In this document: piece after piece, positions 45,812-56,079 of the stretch
Layout of the letters: each line of letters begins with the position of its first letter
How positions within the stretch are numbered: position 1 is the first letter of the stretch
IMG/VR virus record: IMGVR_UViG_3300028591_000188
Coordinates: 8,386-72,385 of that record
DNA from: a virus
Lineage: Duplodnaviria > Caudoviricetes
Reading direction: 5' to 3' (one strand)
Length of the DNA stretch: 64,000 nt
Notes under the pieces: generated by a model
Databases searched by the model: none
What the model was told of the DNA's origin: nothing
The model's input: the letters and a program-made list of their open reading frames with translations, nothing else
Program-made: the position numbers and the translations under genes

Positions 45812-46834
45812 TTATTTATTTAACCATTCTATAATATCATTAGGCTCATCTACTTTTATTCCTACAGGCACTCTTGGCTTTTCATTAAGATAATACCAAA
45901 GTTCAGTTGCAAGTTTTCTCCAATTTGGTAATTTATATTCTCCATATTCACAATCTGTAATAGATTTGGTTCCCTTAAATTCCCAAACGAGAGGAGTTCT
46001 TGTACTATTACAAATCACTATAAACTGATAATCTGCAATCTTGAAATCCTTAAAATAATCATCTTTTTCAATATTTTGCTTGATTAGTTCATAATAGAGC
46101 TGAGCCTGCACAGCATAATTCCAAGCAATAAAACTCTTATAAAACTGATGTTCAGGATGTCCTGATGTTTTAAGGTCATAAGGATATATTACCTTATTCT
46201 CATAATCTACAATTATCAAATCAGCCATACATCTTAAAGGAATGTCCTCATATTCTCCTTTAAACTTCAATTGATAATAATGTTTGAGAGTGTCAGTATC
46301 TTCTCCAAATAATGATTCGGTATTAGGAGAAGTCTTTAAGATTCTTACACAATCAAAGGCATCATTATACTGCAACTGAGTAACAGGAGTCTTTCCATCT
46401 ATTCTCTTTAATTCATCATAATAAGGAGAACACTCTTTTATCTTCTTAACTCTTACATTATAATATTTTGCATCAGTATAATATCCACAGTTTACTGCCA
46501 CATCTGAAAGTATCTGGTCAGGAATGTCTTCTAAGGTATTATAATATCCTTTATATGTGTCATATAAAGTCTTTGTAATTTGCCTTAATGTATCACTTAA
46601 TCCAAAATCTTGAACTAATACAAATCTTTCATTGAATTCTTCAACACTTCCAGTAAGTAAAGTATCTACCATACTTCCAAAAATCAAAGAAGGAGTTTCT
46701 ATCTTTTCAAATAGTTTGCTTAATCCATCAAATCCTTCCCTTTCAAACCTGGATAATGTAGAATAAGATAGAGCAGAATCTGCCCTATATTCTTCTTCTG
46801 TAATATTTAATGCTATATCTTTTAATTCCTTCAT
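45812..46834 (-). CDS. PD-(D/E)XK exonuclease
   Basis: LSYSTL...GSMVD; RCMADL...YDLKT...YAVQAQLY. Confidence 0.75.
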   Translation of the reverse strand: MKELKDIALNITEEEYRADSALSYSTLSRFEREGFDGLSKLFEKIETPSLIFGSMVDTLLTGSVEEFNERFVLVQDFGLSDTLRQITKTLYDTYKGYYNTLEDIPDQILSDVAVNCGYYTDAKYYNVRVKKIKECSPYYDELKRIDGKTPVTQLQYNDAFDCVRILKTSPNTESLFGEDTDTLKHYYQLKFKGEYEDIPLRCMADLIIVDYENKVIYPYDLKTSGHPEHQFYKSFIAWNYAVQAQLYYELIKQNIEKDDYFKDFKIADYQFIVICNSTRTPLVWEFKGTKSITDCEYGEYKLPNWRKLATELWYYLNEKPRVPVGIKVDEPNDIIEWLNK

Positions 46835-47091
46835 ATATTAAATTCTTCGTCACAAAAATCACTGATATAACCATATCCGATAGGTTGTTCCTCTTCTTCA
46901 ATATCAGGTAAGGAATTAGCATTTGCATACTTTGCAACCATATCAGATAGTTCTCTAACCTTGAGTTCAAAAGACTCTACAATTTCCAATAGTCTTTCAA
47001 AATCTCTTTGTTCTATACACGTTTGACAAATCTTTCTGTCTTTTTCGGGCAGCAGTTTAAGCTGCTTCTAAATCTATTCCAACATTTTCAT
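46831..47091 (-). CDS. 86-aa hypothetical protein with two in-frame TAG codons (codons 6 and 8); missed by the standard-code track
   Basis: ATG 47091 overlaps the upstream TGA (ATGA). Reads MKMLE*I*KQLKLLPEKDRKICQTCIEQRDFERLLEIVES...EEFNI and ends at a TGA that overlaps the next ATG (46834). It fills the gap between the two genes exactly. Confidence 0.7.
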
Positions 47092-47570
47092 TCTGTATAA
47101 TTTTTAATAATGTTAATAGCTTCAAGTGTTTCTTTCTTTGTTCTTACTACAAAATAGAAAGTTTTGGACATTTTCTCCAACAAGCTTATAAACAATTTCT
47201 TCTTATATGGAAAAACTTCATTTTGTTTTCCTTTGGCTTCTATTATGACAGTAAGACCCTTATAATCAAAGATAAAATCTGGAGTATATTTTATATCTAT
47301 GATTTTATCAGTCTCTTGATGAAAAGAACCTGACTCTGTTTTGTTCTTTCTGTCATAAACTTTAGCTGTAGGTTTAAAGCCTTTCCACAATACAAAAGTT
47401 GTAGGTTCATATTTAGGATTCATTCCATTTTTTACTAAGGTTTCATATACCATAACTTCAAGCTTTGATTTGAAATGTATCCCATACTTTACTATCTTTG
47501 TAGCATTTTTTACCTTTTTGTTTTCTTCCTTCTCCTGCTTTTTCTTTCTATTGTTTCTTCTAATTACCAT
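47088..47570 (-). CDS. Endonuclease (T7 endonuclease I / DUF1064-like PD-(D/E)XK; possible resolvase)
   Basis: FKSKLE...YTPDF...IIEAKG motif. Confidence 0.7.
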   Translation of the reverse strand: MVIRRNNRKKKQEKEENKKVKNATKIVKYGIHFKSKLEVMVYETLVKNGMNPKYEPTTFVLWKGFKPTAKVYDRKNKTESGSFHQETDKIIDIKYTPDFIFDYKGLTVIIEAKGKQNEVFPYKKKLFISLLEKMSKTFYFVVRTKKETLEAINIIKNYTE

Positions 47571-48202
47571 ATTAATTTAAAATTTCTATAGTCTTTAAGA
47601 ATTGTTTCAGTCTCCCTAAACACTTTATCAGGCATATCAACATTATTTCTTGCATACCAAGAAGGATGCTTTTCTTTTAATATGAAGTTTCCTTCTTTAT
47701 AAATTGTATTTTCAAAGGATTGGGCATCATTACCTAAGAGAATGAAAACCAATGCTCTGTCACTGATGGAGACCTTATGCAAGAGTGAACTTACAAAAGG
47801 TCTCCATATCCAGCTATGAACTCCAGTCTTTCCTACCATAGTAGTTAAACTGGCATTTAATGGTAATATACCTTGATTACACCAATCAACCAAATCATAA
47901 GGGGCTTTTTCTTCTCCTCTGGCACTCTTTAATAATACCTTAAGTGATGGAGATATACATTTTACATCATTATTGTTTGCAAACGCTACTCCTGTAGAAA
48001 CCCCTCTTTGTGGGTAAGGATCCTGTCCAAGTAGAATGACCTTCAAATTATTATAATCACATAAATTAAATGCTTTGAAGATATTCTTATAGGAAGGACA
48101 CAAATCCTTAATATTCAGTCTCTTGATTTCATCAAGTGCTTTATGCAAGAGATTGAAGTCAATTACCTTAGACCAGTTGCAAAAATACTCAATCTCTGTC
48201 AT
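47564..48202 (-). CDS. ung: Uracil-DNA glycosylase (family 1)
   Basis: GQDPY, LNASLT and HPS motifs. Confidence 0.9.
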   Translation of the reverse strand: MTEIEYFCNWSKVIDFNLLHKALDEIKRLNIKDLCPSYKNIFKAFNLCDYNNLKVILLGQDPYPQRGVSTGVAFANNNDVKCISPSLKVLLKSARGEEKAPYDLVDWCNQGILPLNASLTTMVGKTGVHSWIWRPFVSSLLHKVSISDRALVFILLGNDAQSFENTIYKEGNFILKEKHPSWYARNNVDMPDKVFRETETILKDYRNFKLIW

Positions 48203-48214
48203 TGGAAATTCAAA

Positions 48215-49303
48215 TTAATTGTTATTTAATGTTTCCAATCTCTTAAGAATACTGTCATATGTTTGTTCCCTAGTAAGATGTGTTTCAATAATTGTATATT
48301 TATCAACATCTTCATTATTAATTTCTCCTTCATAAGTTAATTGCTTAAGATAAGCAACATCATTATATAAAGGACATTCAGGTTCAATAACATCCCCATT
48401 TTCATCAAAATCAACTAATGCTATAGGGAAGTATTCACAAGTTCTCATCTTTCCGTAATTATCCTCTGGAGGAACAGAACAAATATTTGCTGGATTTACA
48501 AGAACCTGTAACCCTACATCTCCAAAATAGTTTCTCTTAAGCCAACCTGCTGAAGCACAGTGCAATCCAAAAGAGCACGTTACATTTTGGTCACAGTCAA
48601 CTTCACTTCTAGGCATACTTACAGGTTGTCCTAACTTAATTATAGTGGAATGACTATGTTGGTCAGTATATGTAGGAGAGTTTGCTCCTTTATTAACAAT
48701 GTCATCATATATTTCTCCCAAAGACATTTCGTTAATTCCTCCATCTATTTCATAGGGATTCTTACCTTCTACATACTTTGCTTGATAATAGGAATTAATT
48801 ATATTCTTAACCTCTTTAGTACTATACCCTGATTCTTCCTTAATGTCTGCATTTCTATATGCAACAACAAGACCAGCTTCAGTAATCTTCATATTCCACT
48901 TTCTGATAAACCAGAATAAATTATTCCTTACCCTAGAGTCAGGATTCAATGAAACTAAAGTCCAGAAATTCTTAAACTTCTTAATTTCAGCTTCATTATC
49001 TTCTTCTTCTGCTTCAAGAATCTTCTCAACAAAGTCACTTGGAATGCTTTGTTCAGAAATATCCAACATATACACAGAGTTTCCTCTTAATGTAAGGATG
49101 TTTGAATGTTGTACCCTATCAGCTATAAGCTTTCCTTCTACTTCTTCCTTAGGAAGGAATTTTCTTTTTACAATTTCCTCATTGTCCTGATTAACAATAA
49201 GGAAATCCCATAATTCACCATCACAATCTGTAATTATTTGGGTACCATCTGAGAACACTAATTGTAGTGTCCCATCTTTACAAAATGCTTTAAAATTACT
49301 CAT
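48215..49303 (-). CDS. rIIB: rIIB-like protein
   Basis: G..V.MPR..VD.D...TCS.GLH...VNPA...SVP...GKMRTCEY pattern; immediately downstream of rIIA. Confidence 0.75.
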   Translation of the reverse strand: MSNFKAFCKDGTLQLVFSDGTQIITDCDGELWDFLIVNQDNEEIVKRKFLPKEEVEGKLIADRVQHSNILTLRGNSVYMLDISEQSIPSDFVEKILEAEEEDNEAEIKKFKNFWTLVSLNPDSRVRNNLFWFIRKWNMKITEAGLVVAYRNADIKEESGYSTKEVKNIINSYYQAKYVEGKNPYEIDGGINEMSLGEIYDDIVNKGANSPTYTDQHSHSTIIKLGQPVSMPRSEVDCDQNVTCSFGLHCASAGWLKRNYFGDVGLQVLVNPANICSVPPEDNYGKMRTCEYFPIALVDFDENGDVIEPECPLYNDVAYLKQLTYEGEINNEDVDKYTIIETHLTREQTYDSILKRLETLNNN

Positions 49304-51670
49304 TGTTTTCTCTATTTAAGTTTGGTAATTGTTTTAAATCTAATCCTATTCTTGGGTGTCTACCCATCTTTTTATACACAAACCTTTGTGTATATTCCTT
49401 ACAATGTTTCTTGGCGGAATTCCAGAAATTATAAACCTTAAGTTCGTCTTCAGTTAATTTGAAATACTCGATATCTTGAGTGTTAACAAGTCCTTTACTT
49501 TCAAAGTCTTTTACTAATCCTTTAAACCAAGAAGATGCATTAGCTATTACAGTGAGACAGCCTTTGTATTTGTTTTTAAACTCCTGAACTAAAGGAATAA
49601 AACCATCATTATCATAATAGTAGTTTAGGTTAAGGCCTTGTCCTATCATATTTGTATAGATAATATAAGCAGTAGCTAATTTCTTTAGAATGCTTCTCTT
49701 CATAAAATCTTCCAACTTGACAAACTTCTTATTTCCTTCAAGAAATACAGCTTCTTCTTTCTTCACTGTAATTAAAGCTTGTATACAAGGAATATATTCA
49801 GTAATTCCAGAGAGATTCCTAAGCATATCATCTTCCTTAGTGTTATAGGTATATACTACTATTCCTCTTTCTTTTAGATAAGGTGATAAATCTTTATTAT
49901 TGAAATAACTGTTATACCTATATACCCTATAAGACATCTTTTTTATACTATCTGCCGATACTCTTTTCTTCTTTTTATCTCCCTTAAAATAATCTATATA
50001 GGAATCTGGAACATCATCATTACCTATGCTTGTTATGTTTAAGTTATCTATCAAGAAATTTATACAATCGGAATAATCATAGTTCGCATTTTTACAATAA
50101 TTACTTATTGCATGCTTTAATGCATCAGCTCCACAAAAGTTCAAAATTACTGCTTTACCATTTGTTGTTCCTGCAATATAAGATTTTGTTATGTTTTTAA
50201 ATGTCTTATCTGCTTTTTCATACAACTTTATTTCTCCTGCTATAAAGTTCTTTAAATATAGTCTCCTTACTTCATATGAACTTAAGTTTTTATTCATATA
50301 TATGTCTGTTCTAGGAATAGACATATAATATATTTCACGTAAAAATCTTGCAAACCTGATAGGAATTGTATTACCGTTTATTCTTATCCGTGTATAATCC
50401 AATGAAACATCAGAATAATTAATATTTAAATCATTATCTATTCTACAACTTGAATCATCCACAAGTTTTAAATAGAAATCTTTTAATGTAAAATCCTCAG
50501 ATAAAGCAGAAGTAACAATTTCTTGTAATTCATCTTTAACTAAACCAAGTCTTTCATTGACTACTTTTTTAGTTCTGTCATTAAACTGGAGAGCTTCTCT
50601 ATTTGGAATAATATCTACACTTCCTATTGGTAAATCAATAATTAATCCATGAGTCTGAAATTTAGATGTAATTAATCGTTCATTATCAGTATATAATACT
50701 TTTCCTAAACTAAAATAACAATAATAATTGTGAAGATTACAAGTTTTAAAGTTTTTATATTCCGTTACTTTTCTTTCATTAAACTCTTTTACTCTATTTA
50801 TTATAGAGTAGTTTCTACCAAAATACTCCACATATAACTTATCAAATAAGCATAGTGTTTTTATTGCATCTGTGAGTTCACTGTCACTATATATCCTCAT
50901 TTTTATGGAAACTTCCAAACCATTCTTGAAGTCTCCTTCTGTAACAGATAACCTATCTATGTTTATACCATTTCCATTTTTATACATTACATAGGAATAT
51001 TTCTTTCCTTCATAATAAGAAGTTATGTTTGCTACATTAGTGCAAGCTAAGCAACTAAATCGACCAATCATTTGTTATCTTAAAGGCTTTTTATCCTTTA
51101 ATTCTTGTAGTTTCCTACAAGTTCAGCATATCTTTTCATTGTTTATACAATGTCCCTGCCTCTTGTGGAGATTATATCTTTTCACTCCATATGCGTTGCG
51201 GCTGGTTTATCTTAGATAAACCTTCACCTCTGATTACCATATCTTTCGACTTAGGCTTCCAGATTTTTTCAGGGATTTTAGTTCGGCAATGGTCATAATT
51301 TTTATTTACCGAACATTCCTATGAAGTCATTACTATCTCTTTTAGTTGAGCTTCCTATGTTTTTATATATCCTCTCAAATCTTTCAGGACTTATTCCTGT
51401 ACCATAATCCCTAATTGATATTCTATAGTTATAAATCTCATCAGCGTCTTCAATCAACAATAATATAGGCTCTTCTGTACCAGCTTCTATATGGGAATCA
51501 TAAGCATTTGATACGGTTTCCCTAAGGAAGGATTCCAATGGCTTGGAATATAAGTTTGAAGTCAACAGTGTAGCAAGAAAGTTAATATTCTCCTTATCTA
51601 TACCTACCCTATTTTCCTCAATATTTCCTATATAAGAAGCTTCGTGACTTTCTTCTGTATTTACTATCAT
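49296..51670 (-). CDS. rIIA: rIIA-like GHKL-ATPase protein, spliced: join(51670..51308, 51068..49296), ~711 aa
   Basis: GHKL motifs RETVSNAYDS and IRDYGTG. Removing the intron restores IGMFG|IGRFS, the G-box of the ATP lid. Confidence 0.8.
51069..51307 (-). mobile_element. ORF-less group I intron (239 nt) in rIIA
   Basis: The exon ends in U (GUUCGGU) and pairs with IGS GCCGAAC (51281-51287, U.G at the splice site). P10: exon UGGUC pairs with GACCA. P7 is GCAUA/UAUGC within AAGAUAUGC. Terminal G at 51069. Confidence 0.85.
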
Positions 51671-51697
51671 TGTTTTATATTTACAGTTAAATAAAAA

Positions 51698-51739
51698 ATA
51701 AGGGGGAAGCAAAGCAATATAGCCTTACCTCCCCCCTAT
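51698..51739 (-). terminator. Probable intrinsic terminator upstream of rIIA
   Basis: G/C stem ATAAGGGGGAAG...CTCCCCCCTAT followed on the minus strand by a T-tract. Confidence 0.6.
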
Positions 51740-51751
51740 GAAAAGAATTGA

Positions 51752-51985
51752 TTAATGTTTCAGATAATCAGCAAGTTGGTCTGCCTCAGCTCTAGTAATG
51801 ACTTTCTTAGAGAGAAGCAAGCTTGACAAATAGAACAATGCAGCTTCTGCATTAGTTTTCTTACTGTTAATCAAAGCTTCAAGCTTGTCACTTGGAACTC
51901 TGGTGTAATTGTCACCAAATTGTTTCTTTACTTCTTCAGAGAGATTAAGTTCCTTAATCTTTGCATAAATTTCTTTTCTTGTCAT
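51752..51985 (-). CDS. Hypothetical protein
   Basis: Tiled ORF. Confidence 0.65.
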   Translation of the reverse strand: MTRKEIYAKIKELNLSEEVKKQFGDNYTRVPSDKLEALINSKKTNAEAALFYLSSLLLSKKVITRAEADQLADYLKH

Positions 51986-51997
51986 TGTAATAAATTG

Positions 51998-52981
51998 TTA
52001 ATTGTTAAATAATGGGGTTATAGTTTCAATAAATTTCTCCTTGCCTACTATTTTATAAAAATCTGAAATATCCTTACCTCCTTCAAATTGTGGGAGTATT
52101 ATATTCTTAAATCCAGTTTCTTCTGAAGTCTTTTGTGCATAAGCTAAACCTGCCTTGTCATTATCATATAGGATATAGATATTCTTGAATCTTGATTTAA
52201 GGTTTTTCTGTGCAGTAGTGCTCATTACATATCCTTCTCCTTGCAATGCTATAGCAGGAATTCCAGTATTGCAAGTAAGGCACAATGCATCTTTTACACT
52301 AGAACATAAACAAACTTTATCTCCTTTCTCAGGTAAAGTACTCCATAATGATACAACATCCCCTCTATGGGTACCTAACCATTTATATCCTTTTATATTA
52401 TAAGGCTGATATAGTTTTATAGTGACTTTCTTATCTTTTCTTTCAACATATGCATAAGCTAGTTTATCCATAGGAATAGCCATTGTTTTACCATCCTTCT
52501 CTATAATCCTATGTGATACTGGATATACATCTGCTTTCTTTAAGGCTTCGATTGTAACTCCATAAGACTCCCAATATTCTTTGTCATAAGGTTTCCAGTT
52601 TCTTACTTTCACTTCTATATTCTTGCTGGAATCTAAGGTGTGATTTACAGTTACCGCTTTTTTTGCTTTCTTGTTGCTGTTATCTTTAGTTTCAATAAGG
52701 TTTTTATTTAACTTTTCAACAGCTTCTGGTATACTCACACCCCAATATAAAGAGAAGAACTTTAACATTCCTCCATGCTCTCCTGTGGAGAAATCCTTAA
52801 AATAAAGATTTACACCATCAGGAGAGTATATTTTAAATGAAGGATGTTTGTCGTCTCTTAAAGGAGATTTTATTAGGCAAGGTATCTTTGTAATTCCAAA
52901 GAATTCATTGAGTAGAACAGAAAAGTCTACCTCTTTTGACAGGATATGATAATCTACTGTCTCCTTACCTAATGCAATCAT
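51998..52981 (-). CDS. dnaG: DnaG-type primase (crAss-like)
   Basis: SPLRDDKHPSF...FKDF N-terminal domain; Toprim with ALQGEG and ILYDND; C-terminal KDISD. Confidence 0.8.
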   Translation of the reverse strand: MIALGKETVDYHILSKEVDFSVLLNEFFGITKIPCLIKSPLRDDKHPSFKIYSPDGVNLYFKDFSTGEHGGMLKFFSLYWGVSIPEAVEKLNKNLIETKDNSNKKAKKAVTVNHTLDSSKNIEVKVRNWKPYDKEYWESYGVTIEALKKADVYPVSHRIIEKDGKTMAIPMDKLAYAYVERKDKKVTIKLYQPYNIKGYKWLGTHRGDVVSLWSTLPEKGDKVCLCSSVKDALCLTCNTGIPAIALQGEGYVMSTTAQKNLKSRFKNIYILYDNDKAGLAYAQKTSEETGFKNIILPQFEGGKDISDFYKIVGKEKFIETITPLFNN

Positions 52982-52983
52982 AA

Positions 52984-53856
52984 TTAATCCCAGGGATTAT
53001 CTGTGGTAGAAGTTTCTTCTGCCTCAAAGTTAGTGGCAGCAGGAGAATATTCTTTCAGAGGACCAAAAGTAAATTCAGTATTTGCATACCTTCCACTAGT
53101 TGCAGGGTTGGTATTAATCTTATCTAATTCCTTAGCAAAACCTTCAGACTGATACTTTCCACTAGTGGTTTTAAATCCTTTATAGAATTTATCACTAAAG
53201 AAGGTTTGATATTCTCTATTTTGGTCATCAGTTCCTATGCCAAACATTACTTGGGCAGTATTGATAGGTCTACCTGCAAAAGTATCCTTAATTTCTTTGA
53301 CATCACCATTGAACCAACGGTCAATATGGTCAAACCTGACTTCACAATCAGCAGGAGTGGCTTTTGGATTAGGCACCCATTGACCATCAATATAAGCTGT
53401 CAAATTAGGAATACCCATGTAAGCTTTTACAAATTGAGTAAAATTGTCTTCTCCAATAAACGAAGGACGATAATCCTTTGCAACATTGATAGCACTGCCT
53501 GTAGATGATACAGGAATTTCATGAGTTTTAAGTTGGTCTTCAGTTACCCAAGCAGTTCTTCCATAAGAATCAATAACTTGGAAAGTTCCTTTGGTAGGAC
53601 TAGCAAATCTTTGATTCTTAATAGAAAATTTCATAATAAGGATTTCGTCAATTTCAATAGGTTTCACATAGAGAGTAACCTTAATTTTCTTTACTCCATC
53701 CTTTTCAGTTACATAAACAGGCTCTTCTTCAACTTCTCTACCAAGCTTTGCCAATTCTGCCTTGGTAGGATTGACAGCCAAAACATTCACATTACCAATT
53801 CCAGTGTATCTCTTGAATGATACTTCTTTTGTTTCATTACCTTTTGCAATTGCCAT
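52984..53856 (-). CDS. Conserved replication-module protein, possibly ssDNA-binding
   Basis: Located between the primase and AAA ATPase genes; acidic aromatic C-terminal tail (TTDNPWD). Confidence 0.45.
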   Translation of the reverse strand: MAIAKGNETKEVSFKRYTGIGNVNVLAVNPTKAELAKLGREVEEEPVYVTEKDGVKKIKVTLYVKPIEIDEILIMKFSIKNQRFASPTKGTFQVIDSYGRTAWVTEDQLKTHEIPVSSTGSAINVAKDYRPSFIGEDNFTQFVKAYMGIPNLTAYIDGQWVPNPKATPADCEVRFDHIDRWFNGDVKEIKDTFAGRPINTAQVMFGIGTDDQNREYQTFFSDKFYKGFKTTSGKYQSEGFAKELDKINTNPATSGRYANTEFTFGPLKEYSPAATNFEAEETSTTDNPWD

Positions 53857-53881
53857 AGTAATATTACTTTTAAATTATTAA

Positions 53882-54259
53882 TTATTGATTTACTTCTTCT
53901 GTTGTCTCAACAGGCTTCGGAGCAATATAATACACATTTGCCTGAGCATCAAACTCAACTACATCAGTATTAGGGACATACTTTGTAATCTTCAAAGCAC
54001 GACCATTCTTGTCAGTCTTAACTGAACCTGTGGTAGGATCAACATAGTCACTAACAACTCTCTTGACAATTTCTTCACTGGTATAACCGCCAGTAAGAAT
54101 CTTAGTGCCATATTCCATACCTTCAATCTGTGCATTGATAGCTTCAAGTTCTGCTACATACTTTTCTAACTTTGCTCTCTTCTCAATAAGAGGTAAAACA
54201 TTCTGGGCAGTTCTCTTAATGGTAGCCCACTGTCTTGTTGACAATTCTTTCTTTTCCAT
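53882..54259 (-). CDS. Hypothetical protein
   Basis: Tiled ORF. Confidence 0.65.
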   Translation of the reverse strand: MEKKELSTRQWATIKRTAQNVLPLIEKRAKLEKYVAELEAINAQIEGMEYGTKILTGGYTSEEIVKRVVSDYVDPTTGSVKTDKNGRALKITKYVPNTDVVEFDAQANVYYIAPKPVETTEEVNQ

Positions 54260-54305
54260 AATTAATTAATTAATTTGATTGATTGATTTGTTATTTTTTT
54301 CACCA

Positions 54306-56079
54306 TTAAATGGCATAATATTTTCTGATTGTATCATCTACAAGTTTAAGACTATTAGGAATTTCAAACTTATCGAACATTCCAATAGGAGTCTTTGCAG
54401 ATGAATGGTTTGCTTTTGTTTGGAAATAATATCTATTATCTCCTTCATCACCATAATCCACTCTAGTCATAAAGACTATCGGATAGAATCCTTCTGGCTG
54501 TACTTTGGTTAGCTTTTTTCCAATAACACTGAAAACCATTTTTTCAGTGCCGTCTGATTGGGTTTGAAGCATTGTGTGACCCATAACATATACTATTTGG
54601 TCATTTCTTAGATTGTTACAAATTGAATTAAGTTCAATTACATCATTCGTTTTGTTACATACAAGCTCTTTATCTTGTACTCTCCTTCTTTCAAAGGAGT
54701 ATCGGACTATATCATCACTTTGTATCTCTACAAAGGCAGGGCACTCTTGTCTGATTTATTGTTTAAGCTACTCATCAGTTAGTCTCTGAACCTTCTACAT
54801 ACTTTTATGCTTTTCTGTAGCTTGGCTGCTGATTGGCATAGATAGCAAATCCTTAGCTTTCCAGCAATTCACCCTGTTTATTGTGGCCAATGATTTTATA
54901 ATTCATTTCAGGACATACAAATTCTTTTATAATATCTACAAACTTGTTATAGTCTTTTTGTATTAAATACAATATTTCTTTATCTTTATTTTTATGTATA
55001 TGTACAGTAAGACCAAAATTCTTAATCATCATATCTTGTAATTTAAGTTGACTATTATGATTAAAACCGTTTGTACTAAAGTAAGCTCCTGTTGGATGAT
55101 GTATTGCTCCATCATCCATATACCATATAGCTAATCCTATAGGACCTAATTCATATATAGTATCTGGAACTTCTTTCTTGGGATTATACCAATCTTCTCT
55201 ATATTTATTAAAAGATTGGTTTACTTTGGTAACTATTTGACAATATCCATTGTCTTTAATAATTCTTCCATTTATTATTCCGTTTCTGTAAGAATTTGTA
55301 CGTTCACTATACTTAACGTGAAGTCCACTTTGTTCAAACAGTTTATACTTATGTAATACATATTGTTTTTGAACTAGACTGTGCCTTACTACCAAAATAC
55401 AATTTGTTCTCTTTCTTATTATAGAACCATCTCCTAACATTGAACCTAAAATAAGTTGATTTGCCATAGGAGATATTTCTATAGGAGGTTGAGTACATAA
55501 TATTTTGTTTCTTAAGGCAAGTTTCTCTGAAAAAGAGAAAGTTTTAATATTTTCTCTTTCAATAAAATCTCTCATATCTTTGAGAGGTTCATTAAACATT
55601 GTAGATAAATTACAAACTGTTAATTCTGGGTTTTCTTCTAATTTTGCTAAAATTAAATCTTTGTCCAACATATTTTTATAATTAAAGTTGGTGCAAAGAT
55701 ACGAAAAATATTTTAATTATGCAATAGCCACATCACGCCACTGGTCGAAACTAAGCTTTTTCCTTTCATTAAATTCCTTCATTGACAAATAAATATTGAT
55801 TGTATCAATGGCAATGGATTTAATGTTTTCTTGTTTTGAACAATAGTCCAACCACTTCTTGATGTCAGCAAAATCCTTTGGTTCACAATAATTATGCTTC
55901 TCTTTACTCCACATTCCAGCAGGAAAAGGCAAAGCCTTGCCATCTAGATTCATAATAAAATGACTATCAGGATTCATTCCTTGATAATTCTTAGGGTCAT
56001 ATTTACCATCTGGCCCTATAATAGTAGAAGTTGACTTGCCGTCACCACTACTTCCTAAAATTGCTACTAATACTGACAT
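54306..56079 (-). CDS. AAA-family (AAA_24/Sak4-like) ATPase, spliced: join(56079..55726, 54647..54306), ~231 aa
   Basis: Walker A GSSGDGKST and Walker B IAIDT. Splicing gives a continuous ...DQWRDVA|NDVIELNSICNNLRNDQIVYVMGH. Confidence 0.8.
54853..55671 (-). CDS. Intron-encoded LAGLIDADG homing endonuclease (two-motif type) with an N-terminal extension
   Basis: Motifs LILGSMLGDG and LAIWYMDDG. Confidence 0.88.
   Translation of the reverse strand: MLDKDLILAKLEENPELTVCNLSTMFNEPLKDMRDFIERENIKTFSFSEKLALRNKILCTQPPIEISPMANQLILGSMLGDGSIIRKRTNCILVVRHSLVQKQYVLHKYKLFEQSGLHVKYSERTNSYRNGIINGRIIKDNGYCQIVTKVNQSFNKYREDWYNPKKEVPDTIYELGPIGLAIWYMDDGAIHHPTGAYFSTNGFNHNSQLKLQDMMIKNFGLTVHIHKNKDKEILYLIQKDYNKFVDIIKEFVCPEMNYKIIGHNKQGELLES
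55694..55725 (-). promoter_or_regulatory. Bacteroidetes-type promoter for the LAGLIDADG gene, inside the intron
   Basis: ATTG-N20-TATCTTTGCA, 22 nt upstream of ATG 55671. Confidence 0.65.

Larger units (their letters stand above)
54648..55725 (-). mobile_element. Group I intron (1,078 nt) carrying a LAGLIDADG endonuclease
   Basis: Core elements P AAUUGCUGGAA, Q AAUCAGCAG (54826-54834), R GGUUCAGAGACUA (54780-54792) and S GAUAUAGUCC (54704-54713). IGS AUCAUU-GGCCACA (54882-54894) pairs with both exons. Terminal G at 54648. Confidence 0.92.
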
